A stretch of 64,000 nucleotides of DNA from assembly GCF_037042905.1 (NCBI RefSeq), contig NC_087247.1, forward strand, positions 32,550,001-32,614,000, written 5' to 3'. Under the pieces are notes generated by a model. The model made no database searches. It saw only the letters and a program-made list of their open reading frames with translations, and was not told the DNA's origin. Every line of letters begins with the position of its first letter. Positions within the stretch are counted from its first letter, which is position 1. Below are positions 23,900 to 60,890 of this stretch, piece after piece. Origin of the DNA: Lytechinus pictus. Its lineage: Eukaryota. The translations under genes and the position numbers were made by a program.

Positions 23900-26800
23900 C
23901 TGTTCATAATAATTTACTTTTTTCTCCATGTACACATTGCACACTGACAAGAAATAGGATGTACATAAAAATCTCACGATATATAGGAACACAGTCCATA
24001 ACAAATTTACACAGCACAAAAGAAAATATGGGAAATAGAAATCATAAAGTGATGCTGTGTTCTACACGTACAAAACAAGAAGGAAAAAAACACTTGATAT
24101 TTAACCTACGTTTCATCTATTTGTTCAGCTACAGTACTTTTGCCATAGAATACATTAGAATTTCCCTTCTTAGCTTGCTTACATATAACATTGAATTTGC
24201 AAATACTCAAATTTTTTATCAGGTGTTATCATTACAGCAATACATATTTTGTTTTTATTTTTTTCTATAAAAAGACACATAATTCCTACCAAAGCACCAA
24301 AATGATGGAAAAGATAACTAACTAATGAACCGGACTGGTTAAATATACCCTGCCAAATGATTAGTTGCAAAGGATAAATACATTGAGTAAATTTAGTGAA
24401 AGAATTCCATCTACTCTACTGGTTATTTTATTTTGCCAAGTTGAGTTCATCACATTATTGGGTTTTGTTAAATGATTGGCTACAATCGAACTCACTACTA
24501 GTTCATGGCAGTGCTGTTCCTGTCACAAAATAATTTCTTTATTTCATTCCACCGTATTGCAAGAAAAAATTAGGAATATAAAAACTAAAGAAATATAGGC
24601 CACTTCAAATTGAATTACATTTTAATTAGCTCTGTGCATAGTCTTTACTCTTCAGGGCATTTTCACGGTAACTGACGTTACACGTTATAATTTTACACAC
24701 CTTTCATTGTGTGTATGATTATCTCTAAAACAACAAATGATGGGAGTTTGCTTAAAGCACACTCCCATCATTTGTTGTTTTAGAGATAATCATACACACA
24801 ATGAAAGGTGTGTAAAATTGTAACGTGTAACATCAGTTACCGTGAAAATGCCCTTCAGTGCAATATGGAATAAACTAAAGAATCTTATGATGTTTGTTAT
24901 ACAGTGCACACTGAAATGACTTGTATGTGAATATGCTACTCCTCTTCCATGTATTGGTTAAAAAAATAATCCTGAATATTCTTTAAAGTTGTGCAATACA
25001 GCCTTATACTTAAATAGAAAAAACCTAATCAGAAACCCCATATGATATAAGTGTCTACAAGGTTTGACATACAGTAGTTCACTAACAGCAGCCCTTTTTT
25101 TTTTTTGGAGGGAGAGAAGAAGATCCAGCAAAAGTGCCAATTGTAAGTACAAATTGCTTGCAGCATTATGTATCATAATAGAATTCATGGCTTTTATACA
25201 TTCACTAAAGGAAAAAAGTCACAGTGCTTACACTTTCACATTAAATATAATGCAAGGAAAATGTACTTGTCACCATATTTACTTCTTATTTAAGTCACTC
25301 TAAATACAGAACTCAACCTATTTTGATGTCTCAACCTCATTATCATATAACTCGTTTTCCTTCGAGACATAAAATCTTCATTCTATGGTAATCAAATATA
25401 GCAAATTTATTGTCAACTTTTTCAAAAACGATCCAAAAGGGTTTACGGGACAGAATCAAAAGATCAATTCAATCAAATTTTAATTTAGCTTTCGTTTTGT
25501 GGCTATGAAAAGTAATTGGTTGGGAGTTTTTTTTCTGGATTTCATTTTTGTATACCTTGATAAGACAAGGATAGCTTACTGCACTTATAAACCCACCATA
25601 ATTTGAATTCACGAGTCCAGTTTATGTTAAGTAATTTACATAAACAGTTGGCTAAAACATCAAGACATCTTAAAAAATTGTATGTAAAGGCGAAAGTATT
25701 TCGTCATACTGTGGATATATCTCTTTTCCTCAAACAGAATTTACATTCTATTTTATATATTCAAATATTTTAGGAGACAAAAAGTTGCACATTTAATGAT
25801 TCATATTCTGGGAGAAAGAAGGGTTATGCATCTCAAGCTACATACGCTCAATCATCAAACATGTGTAATTCTCAATTTAATGATTCAGCACCGGGAGTCA
25901 TCGTTGGAAGCATCTATGGATGGAAACCATCAATCAGACCAAAATTAATTCATTCGCGAGTATCCCTTTACACAATATGTTTATCATGTTAAAATAAATA
26001 CACAGGCTATCTAAATAGTAATGCTATTTTGTGCTCAGAACTGGAAATAAGAATAATGAAACAAAAACCCAACCCAATGAGGCACTTTAATAACGACATC
26101 TAAACAATCCGTAAAATGACTACTAAGTAGTGTCTTTAAAACAAAAGCTAGGCCAGACTAATGTAACGTATGGAAACAGGGAAACACATTGATAAGACAA
26201 TGGATACACACGTTCGGTGACTCACAATTTACTTTTTCTCCCCCTACTAGTTCAAAAGGAGACAGCTGCCGTAAGGTGGGCTACTCTTTAAAAAAAATAC
26301 ATCAAAAAAAGTTTACATCAAAAATCAGTTGTATTTACACATGGAAATTCAAGTTGGAGTTGGTGTGTTGTATTTTCCTTACATGGTGTATGTAACGTGG
26401 TTTTAAACTTGCAGCTTTGATCACAAAATGCAGTCATTTTTTTTTTAATTACTGTAATAGCAACACCGAAAAACACCCAAACTGTGACAATCTAGAACGA
26501 ATTTCACCAATATTACTCAATATATTACCTAACTTTGAACTCAATATCAATTTAAAGCAAGCATGTTTCTTTAATAGTCTGTAGTTATTGGCACTTGATG
26601 ATATATATATATAAGAACAATTAATATTGTTGTCATCTATGTCAACATTCAAAAGTCTAAACACAAAACACATTTACACATCTGCACTTCTGAAGTTTTG
26701 TTTTCTAATTCTAGTACAATATCGAATTTTATGTTTCTTAAAATAGAGAATTTTTAGATTCTTTTTTTAAAACCATATTTCATATCTTATCACCATTATC

Positions 26801-29800
26801 CTAAAATCACTTCTCTGCTTTAGTATAGACTTAATCAAACTTTTGTACATTTTACATATAACTCTTTTAAATAGTACACTATATATTTAGTCCATTCTTA
26901 GTTTCTGATCCTCCCCAACAACAAAGCCTATGAAATATATTTCTCTATCTGAATATAGAAGCTTGTGGAAAATCTCGAAATGTATTACCGTTTATAGTAG
27001 ACTTCAACTAGTGAGGATTTCATCTTTTGAGTTCCTTCAAACACAAAAATAGATATCCTATTAGCAGATCTTGATTGTTTTTTCCCAGTTGATTTTTTGC
27101 TGCATCCGTCAAAATAAGAGCATTACTTTGTGCACTCAGATCACCCATGACATAATGTAAACATTTTCAAGGCCACATTATTTAAGTAGTACTTATTGTC
27201 ATAAGTTTGGTCGACTACATGTATTCTCTGTATCCAGATTCTCATTTTCTTGTTACTGAAACATCAACCTTACAAGTTGCATCATTGCATTCTTAATACT
27301 TTGTTTCTATCCTGTTGCTTAGGCCAAGAGATGACATGAGTTTGTTACAGAGAACCAAAGTGCAACATTATCAATGTGTTCTTAATGGATTTCAGCATAT
27401 TCATATTTTAGTAGAGCATTATGAAAAAAGTTCCACACACGAAATCTGACATAAATTGGTTCATGGTGGCCCAAAGGATGGCAAAATGAATACCGTAGCT
27501 AGGGATTTTGAAATCAGTGTAAATTGAGCTGGTTCATAACTGTTCTGGAACCATGCCCAATATGTACTGATTTTAATGGGGAAAAAAAGTTTTTCAGAAG
27601 GCCATAATATGCATCTTTGTCCCCAATGGACCGATTCACATCAAATGTGGGTTGTGGATTTGTTTTTTTATCGTGAATATGGTACAGACACCCACTGAAA
27701 AGTAAAATAGTTTTTTTGTGATGTCATTGCTTCAGTATAATTCTACATGTAATTGAATAAAGACTGTTGAAGGAACTATCTTGACTTTTCCAATGCCAGA
27801 GGAAAGGGTGAGGCATGCACCCTTCCACCTTAAATAGCAACAGAATCCAAGTGTTCTAGTATTACATGAAAATGGAACCAAGCAAATTTCTCTATCAGCA
27901 AAAGTGATTTGTAATATCACTGGTTCCTTTCCATTCATTCAAAGTATTCATTAAGGAATAGCAAAAAGAACAATTTAATCCAAAGGCATTACCCTACAAA
28001 AACACAGATTGTCACTTAGCTTAATGAGTTGTTTTAATAACAATCGACACCCAATTCGCCCATCCAGTCTTTATTTTCCTAAAGAGTGCATGAACAAGCC
28101 TTAGTTTTATTGAACATTTGATATCCTACAGCATTTCTTTACCCTAGGTATTTCACATGTACACATTAGGCAGTGAGAGACACATGGAGAACAGGAGAGT
28201 TTCACAAAGATTTCAGTAAATTCCATTTATGCACAGTATATAATGCATCGCCGCACTGTGAGGAAGCTCTACCGTGCATTAATCAATAAGATTGCGCGCT
28301 ACATATCACTTGCATGTCGACAAATTTAAGCATGAATCTAAGCTACACTTAAATCTTTGTGAAACACCCCCCTCCCAGATTAATACAATATGCATATGAA
28401 TGAATATGAAAAAGTAGAATGAACAGAAATCAGGGATTAGAGGCACAGATGTTTATTAAGGGAATAAGGGGAAGGGATGTTTTCTATTTTCCATCCTAAA
28501 TTTGCTCGAATCGATGAACAGCTGGAACGAACACGCACTCGACAAATCTTTAAACAATCAAAATTTGAATTCCAGCTTCAAATCTTATTATCAAATATTC
28601 AAAGTTCTGTGATCAAGCAGGCAAACTGTGATATTGCTTTTGTTTTATAGAATGAGGGCAAGGAGAAATATAAACGAAGGATATCATGTAGACTATTTCA
28701 AACTGGGCATTGGAGACAGGCAATTATAGATACAAAATATTTTACATTCCTTGTATTAAAGTTCATCAGTCTAGTAAAAATGCTATAAATACCTTACAAA
28801 CCTTACAAAAAATTCTGAAATTTCACCAATCACGGAGTTCTCAATTAATCATAGAAATATTTTTATAAAGAATGCTAAAAAATATTCTTCAATGAATATT
28901 GATATACAAATTTATTCATACTGAACATAAATTCAGTGATAATTTTTTTTTGCAGGTACAGAAAGAATAAGATAACTTCCATCAGATATTTTCATGTTAA
29001 AAAAATTAATTGGTCAGTTATATTTACCATGTTCGGATTGAAGGGCAAAGTCGATTTGATTGTTTGTGAAAGTTCACCTTTAATATTAAACAAGCACATG
29101 ACTTATACTGGAAGTCTACACAAGGGCTGCACAATATGACAATATCAAAATACTTGATTTTGAATAAATGATATTGGGTCCACTGTACATTAGTCTGCAG
29201 CCACAGACCCTGATTAAAACTTTGATCGACATGTGGGTCTTGAGAAAAAAATTAACAGAAATACAACTTGCGTTTTCAAGAGCGTTCCGAGTGATGTCAT
29301 CCTGCATGTGGAGGGCTCAACGATAGGTAACTGTTCATCAAACGGTAATAAATCAAATCATAACTCCGAGGGAAATGGCCATGAACATGTTGATCTTCAA
29401 CAATATCTTCTCCTAATCTACACACCTGTTGTGTTGAAGAAAAAGTGGCATGTGAACATTGTTTGAGGATGTCTGACAATTATTCAAGGGGGCCTTTCAA
29501 GGGTGTAGGCTGGTTTGAGCATAGGGAGGTGCACATCCTGGGGAAACTAAAGTGGTATGGGGGTGCACTGGAAAATCAGCAGTTGAAAGCAGAAGAAAGG
29601 GTACAAATTTCATTTTGCTTGTCATTGTTGTAACTCCTCTGCCTCAGCGGGAGGATGCACATGCACACAGTGCACCCCCCACCTACGCCCTTGCCTTTCA
29701 ATCACTATATCAACATATTACAGATGTCAGGTATTCAGGTACTGATATATGCAATAATGTGCAGCCCTACTCTAGACAAGGTTATCCTTGCACGCTTTCA

Positions 29801-32301
29801 TCAAAGGAGTCTGTATCCATCTAGCATTCGCTCTGATCCTACATACATTATCCAACAGAAGTGAAACCACCACCTATAAAAACGCGAGACTAAATAGTGT
29901 AGCTCTCCACCAAAATACTTTCTTTAACTCAAGTAACAATTCTACTTTGTAAGCCTAATTGTTTGGAATCATGTATGGGTCGCACACCTGCTACCGATCA
30001 AAATGCCACAAATTCAAAGCAACAAAAGCTTGCCATTCAAATGCAAATGAGCACCACTGTGTACATAAGCACAACAAGCATGCTCATTCATCAGTTTTCC
30101 AAGTGACAAAAAGGCTCGTCCTAATCGCTTACGAGGGGAAAAATACCTTCTACATACGGAAAGGAAAAGGTGGGCGCAACAAGATTCCTCAGATTAGGCT
30201 ATACTTCGTAGAATCATAATGAAACTTTAAGTATTGAATTATATTTAAATCTCTCATTTGATTTACGGTTTCATGAATTGAGACAACATGACATGATACC
30301 TCATTTATCACGACCATGAAGCATTTGTTCCGAATCAGGCTGCATACAAAGCTATGCATATAGCAGCAATAATGATATACAGTTTTTGTATAGTGCATAA
30401 TGATACAACATCTCAATACGCTTCCAAATGACTTGGATACTAGTCAACCTATCCATGAGGGGTACATGTACTCGCTTCTGTTGGATACTGTACGACCAAT
30501 ATGACTGGTAAGACATACCAGCAATAGATTTACTTCTCTCACACACATTCCGGGAATTTTTCTTGTGTCTTTTTGTTTGTCTTAGTCCACATGGGTGTTT
30601 CATAAAGCTGTTTGTAAGTTACAAGCAAATTAACAAACAACTGTTGATCCTTTCTTGTGATGAATGATACACACCAAACTTCCATTGGTGTTATTCAGTT
30701 CTGAAGAAAAGATCACCAGTCATTCTTACAGTCACTCATAATTTATGAAGAGCTTTAGAAAAACCCACCTGATCTTACTAAGATGGACTAAATCGAAAGG
30801 AAGAGTGGAGGAAATAGATCACATTTCAAACCATGAATAGGAACCCAAATCATTTCCAGATCCCAAAGAAGAAAGCTTTCGATTCTTCTGTAAACTAATT
30901 CATCACTCGAGATTACATTTTTCTAAGGGAATTCTAGTATTCAGTACCCATTTTACATTACATGTAGGACCTTAGTGTAGGAGGTGTCATGGTACACCAT
31001 GTATCTTTCTTGGGCAAGTGTTGGTCCTGACACCCAATTTCGACAAGTGTCTTCTTGTTGTCTTCAAGACCTTATAAAATTCATTATCCCTAAATTGAGT
31101 AAAGACTTATTTAGAGCAATAATATTGGCCTAAAGTACTCCTAACTCTTTCTCTTAACTACAATTGCATTGCATATCATCCCTTTTCTTCTCCAATTCAC
31201 ACAAATTATTGGATAACACGGTAAATGCAAGATGCAAATTAATCTTTTCCCTTTGCATACAAAAGTATAAAATAAACGTCAGCCAAAATTGCCTCTTTCA
31301 ATACCACCAAGCCAAACTTCTGTATAGCTGGCCGATATTTATCATGTGTAAGTTAGATTTGATGCATAAATTATTACAAAGAGGTAGGCTAAAATCACAC
31401 ATCGCAACTGGATATACAAAAGATATAAACATGAGAGGACCTACATTGGTTAATGGTATTACAGGGTGATTATTCAATCGTTTCATTATTTTATCAGCGA
31501 GTATTCATTACACTTGATTATCAAAAACATGTAGCACTGTTCAAATTCTATGATTAATTTTTGGAGTAAAAGCATAGATATATTTGTGCTATATAGATCC
31601 CCGACAGAAAGTACCCTTACACTGGGTTTTACACCTATTTGTCTTTGGTTCTCCATAATATACTTTGGTAAAGGGCTTGGATTAAATGATCAGAACAGAT
31701 ACATATCATTTCAGTATGAACTTACAATACTGCTAAGACCATCAGTAAAAATGACACCCCTTTAATATAATGAATAAAAAATAAAAAAAAATGAAAAGAA
31801 TTAAACAAATGAAAAAAAATACCTAAACAAACATTTATTAATCTAATTTAATAGATGAAAATATTTTTTTTTAAATGTAAAAATACATAAATCCTGAAGA
31901 TAAATAATCTGAATATAATAATCTCTGGATTTAGCTAACTAGGACTGATGGAGAACAGCATATTAATTCATATTTCAAGGGACATTTTTATGCAGAACAG
32001 CCTATAACTATTTGTTGTATCAATAAGTTTAGAATCAACTTTGTATGGTTAGTTACTTCAATTGAAATAATGATTTGTTTGAATGCAATTTATTTGCAGC
32101 AAAGAAATTTATTAAAGAAAATCAATCAAGTTTTGCCATCGTAAGGAAGCTATGTTGCTCATACAACTTGCACAATGAGTGATTACACATGAAAAAGGGA
32201 CATAACGAACAATGAAAACAGATGATTTAAGACAAGAAATTCACTGACAAAGACTTCTAAGTGTGTATACAAATGTCCTAGGCATGCAGGGTACAGTGAG
32301 G
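23900..32301 (-). other. Probable long 3'UTR of the R3HDM-like gene
   Basis: U-rich on the minus strand, no exon signals, fewer large repeats than the introns; several candidate AATAAA/AGTAAA signals at 23.9-25.4 kb. The end point is not determinable from sequence. Confidence 0.4.
24655..24853. mobile_element. Near-perfect palindromic MITE
   Basis: About 98-bp arms with roughly 3 mismatches; TTCA duplicated on both flanks. Confidence 0.85.
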
Positions 32302-55636
<23,335 letters not shown>

Positions 55637-56492
55637 GGTGGTCTTGGGTTAGCCGCAGAAATTCAGGATCTAGTCTTCTAGCTCTACCTCTTGTACGTGA
55701 TGATTGCTGACAGGCATCTATGAATTCAACAAAAAAAGATTTACAATGAAGTGTCAAAAGTGTTGCTCCTTTAATCAGAATAATTCTACAAATCATTCTC
55801 TAATTATGTGAAAAAATTCTTGAGTCACACTCATAAAAAAAATGTACCTTTCATTAAGATTTGGTAAGGCCAAATTGGCCTTGGAGCATAAGAAGGTGAG
55901 AGCATAACTAAATTAGTAAATTTTGTAAGATTATGGCAAGAAATACTTTTCTTATAATGTCAACTCGATTACAAAAACCTATGAACCTCTACTGCAATTC
56001 TTATTTGCTAGGGGAAAAATCTTAACTTGACAGCAGATTTCAATAGCTCATCAAGTACATGTACTTCTGGAGGTGGGGAGGGAGGGAGGGGGGGGGGGCA
56101 TTACATTACGCTTGATATTTATGACCGATTGTAATTTTTTTGTACATTGTTTGCCACAGAATACAGTTACGGTTAATCATACAAATGATTGTTTTCTTAT
56201 GTGTTACCAGTGACTAAACTTTGCTAGTTTTGACTTATCTGACTCAGCACTATGATCATTTAATTTAGCTCCATCCTAAGGAATTTACTTCAGTTATGAG
56301 GTTAAAATAATAAAACAAATATTTTACTTTAAATATTAATCATTCTTAAAAATCTTTTTTTTCTATCCATTCATTCATTAATTCACTCACTCATTCACTT
56401 AAGTCTATTTTTCTATTAATTTATTTTTTCATCTATTTTCTTATTCATTCATTCATTCATTCATTCACTCACTCGCTCACTCACTCACTCAT

Positions 56493-57192
56493 ATATAAAC
56501 CCCTCAAAAAAAGTTTGGAAATCTGAGTTTGGCCATTAATTTCTCCCAGCTCCCAATTTTACACAATGCATATTTGATATCATTCAAAAAATCATTTAAT
56601 TCTCTTTAAAATGGTACCATGCTTATTATGATCATGCCATCACGAAAAGAGCAGGATTCAAAAGTGTTGGATGAGTTCTGAATTGAAAAGCTGCAAAACG
56701 AGCAGAAATAGTCATGAAGGGAAGAACATGATTCTTTTGTCTGAGTCAAAAGACATGAAAATCCATTCAAATCAAGCCCCAGCTTCTTCATTTTTGATGT
56801 TTTTTTGCGGTTTATGTAGTGATGGTTCTGTGAGATGACATGGTTTGAGTTGTGGTTTGAAATACCAATGCATGTTTGTTATGTGTTTGCTTGTGCAGAG
56901 GTATGTTTGATTCCATGTTAAAAAACCGCTGAGAAATTCACTCATCACCACGGATAAAAAGAACAGTGACTTTCAATGTTGTGTCATTTTGCAACTTTTG
57001 AATTTTGACCTTGCCCCACATTTCAAGGCACTGCACCTCCATTTGAACCATAATCATATCATGGAGGGTATCATTTTAAAGAGAATTAAATGATCTATTC
57101 ATTGGTATCAATAACACATTAATATTCACTAAAACCGAGGAGGGATTGTCGATCAAAGTCAGATTTCCTAACTTTTTTTGAGGAGTTTATAT
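56493..57192. mobile_element. TA-flanked TIR element (Tc1/mariner-like) inserted in an (ATTC)n tract
   Basis: TATAAACCCCTCAAAAAAAGTTTGGAAATCTGA / TCAGATTTCCTAACTTTTTTTGAGGAGTTTATA. Confidence 0.75.
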
Positions 57193-59287
57193 TTATTCAT
57201 TATTCAATCATTAATTTATTTACTTATTTTTTTCAATTACTCAATGACTTACATCCTCAGTCACTAATTGATTCATTTCTATTTATTCATAATCATTTTT
57301 AATTTTACATATTTTGGGGGGTAATCAGTGGGCTTCAATTAGTTGTTCTAAACCCCAATGTATTTATCAATTATTCAATCATTCTTTTTCTCAAACATGA
57401 ATAAAAATAATACTCGATCCAGTCTGCATCCTCAAATTCATCAAAGGGGTATCAGATAGCGATAGTGACAATCAGTTCCGCCTGTCTTCATGCCCGCATT
57501 GCCATTTTAAATCTCTCCAAGTATACTACACCCCCACAATCACACCCTTCCAGCATCATTACTTCAACTCTTCAACTTAATAGTCTCTTCATGTGTAACT
57601 GATTCTTCACAGGGCCCTGTAACATATATACTAGCGATTGATCGTGGGGTTGATTTCTACGATTGATTGCATTGATTATTGTGTATGATCGATTGTAAAA
57701 TTAGCCCCACGATAAGTCAATGAAGATATGCTATGGGGTCCTTTAGCACAAAAAAGGGGCCCCAGTCAAGTGTAAAGTTATCTTAACTTAATAACAAAAG
57801 CTTTATGAAATGGCCCCCTGGTCCTTTTTTTTTAAACTTGTCTTTTTATAGATTCTGTCCCGTTTGTTAGACTGTTCATGAAGGTAGTAGAGAGAATTTT
57901 AAAGGTCAGTTTACAATCAAGTGGGGAAGGAGTATTAACTTTCAGAGACTGATAGGATCCAAGGTAAATTGGAAGGTCCATGAATGTTTCAAGCAGTACA
58001 GTTTTACACATTAAAGGCCAGGTCCAATGCAATAACAAAGATAAGAACAAAGGAGAAATTCAAGAAATTCAAGCATTCAAGCAAAAACTCTGGATTTTTC
58101 TAAAGACATTATACTGCACCTGTATCCCTATGTTTCACTTTTGCAACCCTAGACTACAGATAATAAAATTGGTTGGCATTCATCCGAATCTTTTTATCAG
58201 TCAATTTTGGTTTTAAAAAAACCTGATTTTTACATTTTTGCTGAAAATTACTACAAGTCCTATTCTATACATAACTAGATTTCTAGGCAGTAATCTATTT
58301 TAGTTTCTGAGATATCTGGCGATTTTCATGGCAATGCCATACAAATTGTTGCTAAAATGCGCAAATCTGTGTACTGTGGCAAAGCAAACAACAGCTGCAC
58401 GCACTTAATATGCAAATGTGGGATCAACCAAACCGTCGTATCTGCACTACATGACTTTGCACATGAAAGACGGTTTTAGAACGTTTTACTTGATCGCATG
58501 CATTGAAATCGCGGGTGGTCAGGGTTGTTGTAGCCCCTATGGCATTTTTGTACAGGGAAAATCTGAACTGCTCAGACGGAAATTACAAGCATATAGCTCT
58601 CCTGAAATTTTTTTCTCTGATTCTTAGTTTTATGTTAAAATAAAGATACCAATGCCAAGCAATTATATTTATCTTTCCAACCATGTAATTTTCTAGCAAT
58701 GAAATGTTGTAAAGGCTGGTGAACAAAGTGTGGAAATTACGGTAAACTTTGAAGCTGATTTCCTCTAAAATGGGTTTGCACGGTCGTATGTGTGATACAA
58801 CGGTTCGGATGACCGCCGAGGGTTTAGATGCTTTCAGATTAATTTCAACTTAGAGAATGTCAGGTATTCTCTGATCAAGAAATTTACATGATCTACCCAT
58901 ATCGGAAAATACCAGATATATTTTGCCAGTGTGAAAGCCAATTATTTGCAATATTCTGAAAGAAAACACCTGCTAAATAGTAGGTACAGGTCAAAATTAC
59001 AAGAACTTCACAGGGAATTTTCCAAGATCGAAGGTGTGTGAAAGCAAATCACAAGATTTTTTCAATCAAGAAAGTTGTTGGAGGAGCCAAGAGCTGCTCA
59101 GTTAGCACTATTTTCAATTGAGCATCTCATCTGCAATCTGACCATACGGCACGCATGGTTATAACGTTATAATGACTCAAGGGTCTGGTTTGGGTGGACA
59201 CTACAAATAATCATCAGGCACTTTGAGGCCAGAACAATTCTTATTATATATATTACAGGTATTTTGGTATTTGATGGCACAACTTAC

Positions 59288-59400
59288 CATTCCACTGGAT
59301 GTCTTCTCAGATTTGGTAGGTTATGTTGTATCGTTTTCTTGCACATATTTTCTTTAATGTGATGATGACAGTGTCATTCTGATTATATGAATAGTTCTAC
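59288..59400 (-). other. Probable 5'UTR exon of the R3HDM-like gene
   Basis: 113 nt flanked by a polypyrimidine tract plus CAG and a perfect GTAAGT donor, upstream of the ATG exon. Confidence 0.6.
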
Positions 59401-60236
59401 CTGAAAGAGGAGCAAAAAAAGACATATAGTCAGAATTAATGTATTGCTATGGAAATATATAGATATAAAAAAGAATCCATCATCCAATTTATGATATAAG
59501 CACATTTGCATAATCTCATTTTTAGAAAAAGTGCCCCCCCCCCCTTTAGCACCAGTTTCATGGCAATTTTCAAAACCAATATAAATGCGACATGGGTCAG
59601 CATTTCAGTATCCGAGATTGTTGTGGTTTTAATACGACATTATATTCATATAAAAAAAAGACGTTATATTCATAATTTGTGTTTTGTTTTTAATTACAGT
59701 ATAAAAGAAGAACAGTCATATTTAGACATAACTTGAAACTGTTTAGCAAAATAAGGAAATTCAAAGTTAAATAGAGGCCCTATAATTTACCAATAACGGC
59801 CACTATACTGGTTAAAATCTCTCCAGAAATGTCAGCATCTAGCTAATTATTTTGTGCGTGATTGTGCTAGATATATCAGCCATACAGAATCTCAAGTCTG
59901 ACTTGCAGATGGAAAAGGTAGCGGAGTGGAAGAAATCAGGTCTGAATTATACCACCCTAGAGGATTAGCCTTGTTCAAGGCTGCTAGGATGATATGAAGC
60001 ATGAAGCGAGATTGATTAGGATGGCCTACAAGCAAGATGACCAAGTTGAGGCAGGGGTCAAGACTAAAGGACAGTGCAGTTGGAGGACACAAGACAATGA
60101 ACATGATGGTGAAGGTATATATCATATCTAAATTTGAGCCCATAATAATAATGCATTGTGGTATGCAGAGCCCAGCTGCAATGCTAAGCTGGAAGACAAG
60201 ATATGTAATGCTAAGCTGTTGTTATCATTATTACTA

Positions 60237-60475
60237 CACTGTAAAAACTGCGGTGTTAAAACTGACACCAGTTGGTGTTAATAGGGGAGCACACCCCGAG
60301 GTGTTAAAATTACACCCTAGAGATTAAAAATAACACCTAAGTGTGTAAATGTAACAACCAAAGGTGTTGTAATGACACCTATAGGTGTAAAACTAACACC
60401 ACCAATTCAACACCGGTGTAAAATAACTGGTGTGGTCCTCTATGTACACCGGTTAACACCACAGTTTTTGCTGTG
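60237..60475. mobile_element. CACTG-ended EnSpm-like MITE
   Basis: CACTGTAAAAACTGCGGTGTTAA / TTAACACCACAGTTTTTGCTGTG; TA on both flanks; internal ACACC/GGTGT repeats. Confidence 0.7.
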
Positions 60476-60479
60476 TAGC

Positions 60480-60890
60480 TTATCATTGAAATGATAATCA
60501 TTATCACCATAATTATCATTATCATCATAATTAACACCGCAATCATAAATCGCTGTCATCATCATCATCGTCAGCACTATCGACATTACCATTATCTTTA
60601 TCATCAACATCAAACAATCGTCATCATCATCATAATCAACATTGTCATCAACATCAACATCCTTTTGCTCATCATCATAATTGTCGTCCTCCTCATTATC
60701 ATCAGCATCACCGCCACCAACATCATCACCGTCACTAGCACCATTGAAATTGCCATCAACATTACCATTATCTTTATCATCATCAACATCAATCAAACAA
60801 TCGTTATCATCAACACCATCACCATTACCATCCTCATAATGATGATGATCATCATCATTGTGGAAATCATTTATCATCATCATCATAATC
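60480..60890. repeat. Degenerate (ATC)n microsatellite
   Basis: Direct reading; explains the spurious poly-I and poly-D ORFs. Confidence 0.92.

Noticed and set aside
58143-58827. piggyBac-like element (AACCCT...AGGGTT)
   Set aside because: TTAA sites are degenerate and the TIRs are not clearly matched; too weak to call.
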